From Mobula hypostoma (lineage: Eukaryota): a stretch of 64,000 nt of DNA. The translations under genes and the position numbers were made by a program. The notes under the pieces were generated by a model. That model saw only the letters and a list, made by a program, of their open reading frames with translations. It was not told the origin of the DNA and made no database searches. Location of the stretch: the NCBI RefSeq assembly GCF_963921235.1, contig NC_086097.1, positions 130,698,001 to 130,762,000 of the forward strand, in the 5' to 3' direction. Below, in pieces: positions 42,501 to 54,500 of the stretch; within the stretch, counting starts at the first letter, position 1; each line of letters starts with the position of its first letter.

Positions 42501-45500
42501 GCGATCTCTGTCACCAAGAGGAATGGGTGTTGCAGATAACAGCAGTTGTACGTACCACCATCAATGCTCTCTCTATCTTGACTTGGAAGCATCTTCCCCT
42601 GAAGGACTGCAGCAGGTCACGTAGGAGCATTGAGTGCAATGTTCCTGAGGTGCCTACTGATGCCCAAAGGACAAAAGACAGAAAAGCCCTGCACCTAGAA
42701 CTGGGCAGCTGAGCGGCAGCAGGCAAAGCCTCACTACCATACCCTAGAAGCCAAATGATAAATGGCCAAGACCCACTCCCAGCTCCTGATAGCCAACAGA
42801 GAGTTGGAAAAACCCTGCCCCCAGCTTTACCAGTTCCAAAAACTACCAAATTTTGTTTATAAATGTCTCTAACGTACAGCTATTTAAAAATTATCAAAGC
42901 TTTAGAAACATTAATCAGTTAACCCCAGCTGGTGGTGTAATGGCATCAATACTGGATTCTGAGGACGGTCCTGAGCTTGAATCCAGCTGGGTCCCAACTT
43001 AGGCAGCAGCAGTATCTGCGTGGAAGAAAGGCCTGGCAATCTACTTCTGTATCTTGCCAGGAAAACCCTACGGACAACTACACTATCCACAGGGTCGCCA
43101 TGAGTGGACGACAATGCGACAGCACTCAACAACAATAAGTTACAAACTCTGTGTAGAAAATCATTGATTAAGGCAGGTCTAACCTGATACTGAATCAGAG
43201 CAGCTGTGCAACTCAGCAAGATCGAGGAACCTGACAGATTAGGGCTTCTGAATCTTTCAGAGAAACTGCATCGAACTGCATATGCATGAAAAACACATAT
43301 GTTGTGCTTCAAACATAAATGCTGATGGTACTGTTTGGAACTATTGTTATTAGCAGAATGTGTTCTATCCCCATACATTCCTCATAACCACTGAGAGAAT
43401 CAGGTCACAATACTATAAGCACTTCAGTGAAATATTCTCTGCTTGGCAAGACAGATCACGATTTTCAATTATTTTATCTGGCAGAAATATTCCAAAGATG
43501 ACCGGGGGAAAAAAAATCCTGCCCTCAAGCCAACTGTCACGATTTGCCAAAAGGTCCTTGGTAAATGCCCAACTTGCTGTCTAAATAACATGTGCAGGAG
43601 CCTCTAGGACTCATCCTCGAGAGGGGAAAGGACATGGTGTTGGTCTTTAAGGGTAAGAAATGTAAATATGAATATAGATGAAATCTACAACTAAGGCTGA
43701 TAAATAAAAGACGGTCACTAATAAACCCACAAGGAGCTCAGGAAAAGTTCTTCCACTTGGGGTGTTCGGAGGTGGGGCTTTTTAATCTTTTGAAAAACAG
43801 GAAATAACACAATGCATTTCAGGAAGAGCTTAACAGAGGATAAGTTCCACAGGGAAAGATGAAATAATTAGGGTGGCTGATTTAAGAAATACTGCCTGGA
43901 CTGCTGAAAAAGCAACTTAGGTATTCTCAATTTAAATTACAACAGAGTAAGGAATCAGCTAACTGTTTACAGATGAGAATTCTAATTTTTGCTTTGATAG
44001 AATAATCACTTTCAACCACATTTCATTTGATGCTGTGGAAACAAGCTACATTGTAGATGTTGACTAAAGACATTAAAAATTTCTCATTCTTCTTTGCATT
44101 GCCATGATGGGTCACAAACATGAACACAAATAATCATTACCTTTCCTACAATTCCAATCCCGCAGTCGGCTGCTTGGATCATGCTGACGTCATTACCTCC
44201 ATCACCTGTACAAGAAGTCATTATTGGAGTAAACCTTGCACATAGCTGCTTAATAGCAACAAAAATTAAGCAGACATCAAATCAATCCGAAGAAAATATG
44301 AAAAAAATTGTTCCAAAACTGAAAGTTCATTAATAAGCTTAACTTTGAATACTTACTTTCCAGTATCTAAAATTAGGACATCAATATACCAGCTAATTAA
44401 ATAAGCATCAAAACCTTACGTATCATTAAATAGATTAAATCAGTTCTGAATTTCTCATTAGAAACAATTCCCACTGCTATTTATTATAAATAGCAACTGT
44501 TGAATTTCATGTTTCTGATCTCTTGCAATGTACTTCATTGCCACCCTGTGGACTTGCACTGCATTACATCTAACTAAACGAAAGTTAAAATTCTTCAATT
44601 TGAGGAACAGACACCTGGTAAATCAAGGGCTTATAACGTTGTTATTTTTTTTAACTCAATGCTGTTACTGAAGAATTTATATCCAGGACATTAGTGGAAA
44701 AATCTGCTAACAGCTATTCTATATCTAATTGATTCAAACGAAAATAAATAATCTCATTTTTGAAATTATAAAAGGGAAGAAACCATTTTGAACTCCAAAT
44801 CTATTTCAATTAAATCTTCTACATTCATGAGCTACAATCTGCCAAGATTGGACTATTATGTTTATATTTTACATAAAATTGGAGCAGATTAAAAGAAATT
44901 TAAAACCATTCTAGAAATCTTCCTTCTTAATGAGTTGGAAGCAAATGGAAAAATGCCACAGCCAAAATTCTTAACTGGAAAGAGCAAGGCAAGTTTTGGC
45001 TAAGATGTTATTGTATTTTATATTTGGAAGCTGTTTCTAATTCCGCAAAGATATGGATTTACTAATTTGCAACTGTGGGTCACAGTTTAAAGGCTGAAAG
45101 ATGAGAGATTTCTGTGCTTACCTATTGCACATGTGCGTTTGCCAGTGTGCTGTTGCAACAGCTTCACAATTTGAGCCTTTTGTGTTGGAGAGCATCGACA
45201 GCACACAACAGCCGGACACTGGCATGCAAGTTCCACAAACTCATGCTCATAATATTTCAAGCAAACCTATAAAGAAACAAGTGAAAAACATGCAGTATCT
45301 TTTAGATGTCAAATACTTGTCAACTTTTCAAGCATCTTTCTTAAAGGTGCCAACCTAGAGTTCCTCGGCATGTATGAGAAATTAACTTTTGTCTGTTGTA
45401 ATTTGCCTGATTTCTTGCTCAGAAGGTCCCAGATAAAGTTCCAGAGGCTTAGAAATTTCTGGGGAGTCTTGCACTGTCAAGATCTTTAAGCTCAAGACCT

Positions 45501-48500
45501 CTCCAGTCTCTCAGGTGGCCACTAAAGTCTTCGTCACTAATTTAAAGAGCAAGAAACCAACCCCTCAAAGCAGCATAATTAAAAATACTTCAACAACATC
45601 TGTGCTTTTGGGAGCTTTCTGTGCACAAACAAGTTGTCACGTTTCCTGCTTTGCAGCAATAATTAATGGCTGTAAAATGCTGGTGTGGGGATTATTTCTG
45701 CTTGCATGATCATGTGCTGAAGCAGAAACTGAGTTATTCCTGCAAAAATACCAAGAATTCATGGCTTGCCTATAATGTATTCACCAGGAACATAATACAG
45801 GAGCCAGAGTCCCTTATATGGACTCTGTCGATACTTCTCGCTTCCTCAGTAAAGCAGTCAAAACCCACTTACCCAGACATTCTTTCTTCTCCCAACGGGC
45901 AGGAAATACAAAAGCTTGAAAGCGTGCACCACCATGCTGAAGGACAGCTACCTAATCCTTTGTTATAAGATTCCTGTACAGGCATCTCAGACATCTTGTA
46001 CAATAAGATGGACTATCGACCTCACAACCTATCTTGTTAAAATCTTGCACTTTATCGTTTACCTGCACTGCACATTTTCCTCTTGGTTTGACAGTTTATT
46101 CTGCATTGTTATTGTTTTATCTCAATGCACTGTGTAATGGTTTTATCCGTATAAACAGTATGCAAGACAAGCTTTTCGCTGTATCATGTTAATTGCTACA
46201 ATACCAAACCAAAGCCATTTTAATTGCTCGTGCCAAACTATCCTTGGAAAAAGTGGCGATAAGCAGCCTTGTTGAACTGCTGCAGTCCTTGAGGTGTGGG
46301 TATACCCACGTTTTAGGGAGGGTTCTCATTTTATATCATGTAAGTGTTACGTACCCCGTAACTGGGTTGCCAAACCAGCAGAAATGGATCACTCAGTTGC
46401 AGTCTGGATACTAGAACTAAGAAAGTTTTATTAAAGAAACAAGCAACACAGTAATCGAAAGGATAATAAATGCAACAGTTCAGCAATGTTAACCACACAT
46501 GTGCACAGAATTAAGATAACAGCATCCATCAAGCTCTATCGTTGTCTAGGGGTAAATGACCAAATTTCAAAATGACTCAAAGTTCAGTCCAGTTCAGTTC
46601 GCAGTAATCGTTGCCATGGCGATGGACAACGTGGGGGGAGAGAGAGAGGGAACAGGAACAACTGATCATTCAGACAATGCTTCACTCACAGACCGGCGAG
46701 ATGGCTCACAAGCAACTTTTGGGCGGGTCCTTGGTGATGTCACCTGAGGTCACCGACTGTGACCCCTCCTCCAGATGCGGTCGATCCTCTGCAGTGAACC
46801 CGGCACCCAGGCAAGGGCGGACACACACCGGGTTCCCGCTGATCGTACCTTTCCACCCTGGTCGTTGTCTGGTACTTCTCACCCACTCGTGAGAGGCGCA
46901 CCGCTTCCAGGGTCTCGTTACCTCGGGTGGCGTGTGTGTCTGTCTTAGCGAACCTGTCCCTTTTTATCCCCCTGCTGGGGTATCGCCTGTCCATCACTTC
47001 AAACAGTTCAGGGTTCAAAGGGGGGAGCCGCTCCAGACAGCTCTCTCTCCCGTCCCTTCATTACACATCTCCAGACGCTGCTCCATTGTTCCTTATCTCT
47101 CCTTCCCCTGAGGGCAGGTGGCAGACCAACTGCTGATGTCACTGATGCTAGCCCAGGCCAGCAAACATCTTAATTTTATGTGTATTCTCGTCACATAAGA
47201 TATACACATGGTAGTCTGATCAGGAATCATGAATGTGGAAGATTTAGGTGCAATTGAGTTCAAAATTTTTCCTTTCCTTTTATAACCTCAAAAATGAGAT
47301 TGAATCAATGAAGTACAGAGTAGCTGTTAGATTTTATTTTTGCAATAGTAACAGTGAACTCAAGAAGGTGAAGGAACAGTGATATATTTTGAAATCAGGA
47401 TAGTGTGTGACTTGGAGGGCAATTCCCAGATGATTTTGCTGCCTTTGTCCTTCTAATTAGTAAATTGGTTTATTATTAACACATGTACTGAGCTACAGTG
47501 AAACACTTTGTTTTGCATGCCCTCCACACAGATCATTTAATCACAACAGTGAATTGAGGTAGTACAAGGGAAAACAATACAAAAGGCAGAATATAGTTGG
47601 CAGACTATGGTGCAAGGCCACAACAAGGGTAGTAGTTTTTGGGTTTGGAAGGTGGTGTACAAGGAGTCTTGGTGAATTGCTGAATGGTGCAAACTGCTGC
47701 AACTGTGCATCAGTGGTGGAGTGAGTGAATGGTTGTGGATGGGTGACTATCAAGCAAACTCCTACGATCTGTATGGTGTTGAGCTTCTTGACATTCATCT
47801 CCAAATGGTCCAAAGAGAGAAAATGGTGACATGCCTTCACAGAACATGACCTCTGGCACTGAACTATGTTGCCATTTCTCTTTGAGTTCCGCAATGGCAT
47901 GCCTTGTAGGTGACTGATCCTTATTACCTTTGTCAAACCCTGTAGATTCCAAAACATGTTTCCTGACTATTGGAATATCAGGTTAATACTTCATAAATTT
48001 TACAGGGCAATTGCACGAAGTCCAGGACAGTAAATCTTCAATTAATTTTACCAAGCAAACTAGTTGTGTCTTGTTTTTTTAATACTCTAGTGGTCTCATG
48101 GTTACCACTATGAATAATAGCTTTTCATTCAAGATCCTAATGAGTAAATTTAAATGTCCACAGTTCTAAAATAACATCTCTGAATTATTTCAAGTCTCTA
48201 GTACTGAGCTTCCCATCCTGAAAATGAAGCATTTCTCCAAATCTAACATGCCAACACCTTTATCGAGCAGCATGAGCAGCTATGTCTCATACTATGTAAA
48301 TTGTACACCTAAACATTGTTGTCGCACCATGAATCTTCCTTTTTTTAAAATGTTCTTTACAAAAAAATTAAAAATGACTATCAATACGCAACCTCTGCTT
48401 AAATACTTTATCCCTTGGTTATGGATAAAGTAGAACTCAAATACCAGAACAGGAACTGAAACAAAAATAGAGGGACATAATCAAGCAATTTAAATATCTA

Positions 48501-51500
48501 ATGAAACTGCTATTTTGGATGCAGAAGATATGGGGAAAAATAATTTGAACATCCTAAACCATTAGGGAGTATTCATGACTTCTATTGCTAGAGCACAAGA
48601 GAAAAGTTTTCTTACTAAAACAGAGGGCCTTGGTGAGGCCTCACCTGAAGTGTAGTGTGAAAGACTTTCTATGGAGGGAGTGCACAGAATCACCAGACTG
48701 GTCCCTAGCATAGCAGGTTGGTCATACAAGGAAGATTGAGGATACTGGGCCTCTGTTCTCTGAAGCTGAAAGGAATAAGTGGTGGCATCATTGAAAAACA
48801 ACTTTTTCTTAAAGTTTGACTGTTTGGATGCAAGGAAGCACGACAGATCAAAATTTCTAAATAAACAGTAGGCTAGTTAGGAATGATACAAGAAAAAATT
48901 CTCCACTCAATAACTGGCATAGCTTTGGTATTCACTACCATAGTGTGGTGAAGGCTCACACAACATCTGCTCAGAACAGACATAAATACCAGATATTTCT
49001 GGGCATATGGGAGGCAGGGTTTGAGGGTCGGCACAACATTGCGGGTTGAAGGGCCTGTACTGTGCTGTACTATTCTATGTTCTATAAAAGGAATCAAGAA
49101 ACAAAGAAAATAGTTTTTAAGATAAATGAGTAGTCATGATCTTGTGGAACTGTGGAGGAGTTGACTTCTATGTTCTTAGAAAAATAAAATAAATATGATC
49201 ATGAGCTACAACAGGAGAGGCTAGACAAACTCTGGTAATAAAGGAGTGGTAATAAGTTATACAGCTTAATCTACAGGGGGAGATTGGACAACATCTGCAG
49301 CTTTGGAGGCTGAGTGGAGACCGGACTAAAATTTATAAAATTATAGGAGGCAGAAATAGAGTCAGAATCTTTCTCCTCCCAGAGTAGAAGTATCAAATAA
49401 AGGACATGAATTTAAGGTGACAAGGAGAAAGTTCAAAGGAGATGTGTGGAGTATTTTTCTTTACACACAGAGTGGCGGGTGCCTGGATCAGGCTGTCAGG
49501 GGTAGTGATAGATACTGATATGATAGTCACATTTTAGATTCTGTTAAATAGACACATGAGTGTACAGAAATGGAAAGTTGGGATCATGTACAAATAGAAT
49601 AGATTTAGTTTAGTCTTGTGTTTGGCCCAGATATTGTGACCCCTCCCCCCCCACAGGCCTGTTCTTATACTGTATATAAAAAAGTACTTCAAACTTGTAT
49701 CTTCTTGTATTAGACTGTGCAATTGTTACTTTCCTTGTAGTTAAAATTCCTTATGCTGTTTGCATTTTTATATAATTACCTATACACATGTTAACTGTTC
49801 AGCGTGCTTCGTAGTGGTTAAGTTGTTGCAGTTGCAAGTATTGCATTATTTGAATAGGGACTATCTTATTGGTTGGTTCAGATAATGGAATCTGAATGGA
49901 ATGTCTTTTACAAGCAATCTGGTATAAGAGCAACAAACCATGTTGGTTTGCTCTCTTTCCCCTTTCTCTCTCTCTCTCTCACCTTGACGCTTCATCTTTC
50001 TGCCTTTGTTTTTTGCTCTTGTAGCACTTAATAAATGATTGTAATCACTAAGTCTTATGCCTCTTTCTTGGCTTCTGAAGAACCTCAGATCAAAACATCA
50101 GCATCCAACAGTTTTTAACTACATTCGTATTTCATTGCCATCTCTGTACACCAAACTTTAGCATTTACCTCTAAAGAATCCCCTGATATAACCAGTGTAC
50201 AGTCATGTTTCCTCCTGAAAGCATTGAGTTCCAAATGAGCTTCACCACGATTTGTTACCTGCAAAAGCAAGCTTCCAGTTTAGTTCACAGCAAAAAATGT
50301 GTAAATTGGTGTTTAGCAAAGCATCGGTATACATTTCATGTTAGGCAAACACAGAAGCAAACTGAGTAACAGTCAGTTTCGATCAGAACATTAGGAAATA
50401 CAACAACAGAAACTGTAAAAATAAAAAGTAGACAGTCACCATTTTAAGCAAAGTTCTAAGTAATTTTATTAGCAAAGTACATATATGTTACCATAAATAG
50501 CCCTCAGATTCATTTTCTTGAGGGCATACTCAGCAAACCCAAGAACCATAATAGAATCAATGAAAGACCACAACTAACAGGGTAGACAAACAAGTCACTT
50601 TTTATTGTCATTTCGACCATAACTGCTGGTACAGTACACAGTAAAAACGAGACGTTTTTCAGGACCATGTTGCAAATACACAAGAAAAAAGAAATAATAA
50701 TGAAAAATAAATAAGTATCAAGAACAAGGGATGGAGTCCTTGAAAGTGAGTCCATAGGTTGTGGGAACAGTTCAGTGATGGGTCACGTGAGGATGAGTGA
50801 TTATCCCCTTTGTTTCAACAGCCTGATGGTTGGGGGGTAATAACTGTTCCTGAACCTGGTAGCGTGAATACTGAGGCTTCTGTACCTTATTCCTGATGGC
50901 AGTAGCGAGAGCAGTGGGGGTGGGGGGGTGCCCCTGATGGTGGGTGCTGCTTTCCTGCAACAGCATTCTATGCAGATATGCTCAGTGGTGGGGAGAGCTT
51001 TACCCATGACGGACGGTGCTGTATCCACTACTTTTTGTAGGATTTTCTGTTCAACGGCATTGGTGTTTCCGCACCAGGCTGTGATGCAAACAATCAATAT
51101 ACTCTCCACCACACAACTATAGACATCTGTCACAGTTTTAGATGTCATGCTGAATTTTCACAAACTCCTTAGGAAGTAGAGGCACTGACTTGTTTTCTTC
51201 GTAATTGCACTTATGTGCTGGGCCCAGGACAGGTCCTCTGAAATTATAACACTGAGGAATTTAAGTGTAACGCACTGTAAGGTTTCACTGCTAATGTAAC
51301 AGCTTCTTCGTAATGTTTCACTGCTAAGGCTAATGCAATGGCTTCTCTGTAATGTTCACTGCTGAGTTAACGGTTTCTCTGTAGCAGCAATGTTTGGGTT
51401 ACGGCTGGAGATAACGGGACTATGGTATGCATGTTAGCCAATCAGAGATCGTTGCTCTGTCTTGTGAATCTGGAAAGATGTTTTTCGCGGTATTTGTCGA

Positions 51501-54500
51501 GGAGAGATGAAGAGGGAAGACGCATGTGGATCTGAGGGTCCGAAGGTCGGCGATGCTCACAGGAGATCAATGGTGGAAGAATGACTATTGAGTGAGCTCC
51601 AACGTGAACTTTTGACGTTTCCTTGAATTGGGCCCTTTTTTTTCCTTCAGACTAAGATTCATAAAGTTCAATCATTTAATTGCATATGGTGCACTGCCTG
51701 ATATTTTGCGTTGTGGGTTTGTAACTGGTACATTGTGGGCGGTACATTACACAGCATCCACACAAACGTGATTACCCAGTTTGGCAGGGCCAAAGGCTGT
51801 TTTCCCCTAGACGAACACGAGCTGGGCGAGCCTGAGGGTTACATAAGGTTGCTGAACCTCTCCACCTCTGATGAGGACTAGCTCACGGACCTCCAGTTTC
51901 CTTCTCCTGAAGCCAATAATCAGCTCCTTGGTCTTGCTGACACTGAGTGACAGCTTCTTGTTGTGGCATCACTCAACCAGATTTTCAATCTCCCTCCTAT
52001 ATACTGATTCATCACCACCTTTGATCTGGCTGACATTCAGCAAACTTAAATATGGCATGGGTGCTGTATTTAGCCACACAGTCATAAATGTAAAGTGAGC
52101 AGAGCAAATGCATCTGTTCATCCAATTAATCAGACTTTCAGTTGGTGCATGCAATGGACAAATCTTTTTCTTCGTAACTTATTTTACAGCTGTCACTTGC
52201 AAAATAAGCTCATTTACGTGCTAAATAATCACTGGTTTGTCAGCATACATCTTCTATTTGCTCCAGTGAGTTAGCTGTTTCACTGCTTCCCTCTAGTGGC
52301 TGCAAGATTTCATACAAGGGGTGATTGATAAGTTCGTGGCCTAAGGTAGAAGGAGTCAATTTTAGAAAACCTAGCACATTTATTTTTCCTACATTTACAC
52401 ACTTAGTCCAGCGGTCGTGGAGCATACAGATCCCTTCTTTGTCGAAGTGGTCCACAGCAGCGGTGATTGATAAGTTTGTGGCCTAAGGTAGAAGGTGAGT
52501 TATTAACTTCAAACTTTCTGCATTGTCACTCAAAGAGTTGAACTGCACGTGCATGTAACGAGAGCGTCTTGGACCTCCAGGTGGTCCACAGCAGGGGTGA
52601 TTGATAAGTTTGTGGCCTGAGGTAGAAGGAGGTAAGTTATACGGCTCTTGTTACATGCACGTGCAGTTCAACTCTTTGTGTGAAAATGAAGAAAACTTGA
52701 AGTTAATAACTCATCCCCTTCTACCTTAGGCCACAAACTTATCAATCACCCCTGCTGTGGACCACTTTCTGGAGGTCCAAGATGCCGACTTCTACAAAGA
52801 AGGGATCCGTATGCTCCATGACCGCTGGACTAAGTGTGTAAATGTAGGAAAAATAACTGTGCCAGGTTTTTTAAAACTGACTTTTACCTTGGGCCATGAA
52901 CTTATCAATCACCCCTCGTATAGTTCAGTATTTCAACTTACTATTTATGTACTAATCCCACTCTAGCATCCATCAGAAAACAATAAATTCTTCCAGGGAG
53001 GAGAAAATCTGCAGATGCTGGAAATCCAAGCAGATTCTTCCAGAGGTTGGAGTCGTAATCTATACGGCTTAACTTCTCCCCAGATAACTCTGCGTAACCA
53101 CTGCAGTTCTTTTCCTTCAATCAAATGCACACAATGGTAAATGCTGTTTCAATGCCCACTTAACTTGTTTCCACACTACCTCACACTGAACACAATACTT
53201 TACAGATGCAGGAATTCAAACTTCTTTCAGGAAATGTGCAACAAATATCCGGGTAAATTGTGGAAACACTGTAAGTAGCTATGGTGGTCTGTTTCTAAGA
53301 AACACGTACGTATCAAAACCCAGCAAACTATCCGGCATGGAATAATTCCATGCAAGTTAAACTAATCATTTTAGGTTTTCAAAATCTGTACGTCTATACA
53401 GAATACTGCTAAATGAATTTGTGCTTGCTTTATATACAATTGGACCTCATCATTTGCAGGGTGATTTCTATGGTGAGTACACATCCATTTTGGAGATTTT
53501 CAGATAGAGGGATCAGATTAGCAATACTAACTTCAAATCCAGATTTGGTCATAAGTTAATTACATTGTGGAACAGTTTTCAAATGCTATTCAGAATTTTC
53601 ATTGGTGGTTCAGAGTGAGAGAACATTTAAAAGTTCCATTTGTCACATATGAAAAAGAATGAAGTTTTCCTTAGTGTTGCAATATCAGAGATATATTACC
53701 ATCCTTTTCATCTCAATTCCTTTAGACCTTCTGCAAAATATGCAGTCATTAGGGCATATTTGTGTGGATGGTTCAACTTGCATGGCTGTTAGCTTACGTA
53801 GGTTCACTGCATCAACAAAACTTATTAAATTCAAGAAAAGTTCAGTCATTCTCTTTTGTTTAAAAAAACCCCTTGCTCTAATGCTCTATTAAAAGCAATC
53901 ATATACGCATTGTTATGGACCAGATATTTTAATGTTCTTTTCCTTAGGTATAGCAGCCTTGTTTGCAAATGGTGTCTGCTGCTACACAGGGAGGAGAACG
54001 TACATTTGTGAAACTTGCGAGAGTCTCACCTAAGTTGGTAGCACTTACAGGACGGAAGATGTGGATGTCTTGATTCCTGGACACCAGGTGAGAGCTTTTG
54101 GCGATGCAAGTAGCTGTTTCCAATTTATCTCCAGTTAACATCCATATCTGGGAAAATATGATAAAAGTGTTTAAGAGGCTCTTAGGTAGCTACATAAACA
54201 TGCAGAGAATGGAGGGATATGCACCACGTGGAGGCAGAAGTTATTAGTGTAATTAGGCACCATTAACTTAATTAGTTTAGCAGAACATCATGGGTCAAAG
54301 GCCCTCCTCCTGTGATGTGCTGTATGATGGTCTGCAGAACAAGTGCTAAACTGAGGTGTTTGGTAAGAAGGTCCAGGCCAATGAAGCAGTGACATTATAT
54401 AACTATATACTTAAATATGTTCAGACTTTTCATCGCTTCTGATTGGTCAATATTCTTATTTCTGAATTTATTCTAACAATTTAGTCTGAATTGTTTTATC

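Noticed and set aside
41540..42780. ORFs of 61-112 aa in a more GC-balanced stretch
   Set aside because: Probably a very degraded LINE remnant; neither a family nor a gene could be supported.
52315..52918. Regularly spaced ~35-bp repeats resembling a CRISPR array
   Set aside because: The repeats are mariner TIR copies in both orientations, the spacers are mutually inverted, the context is vertebrate and there are no cas genes.
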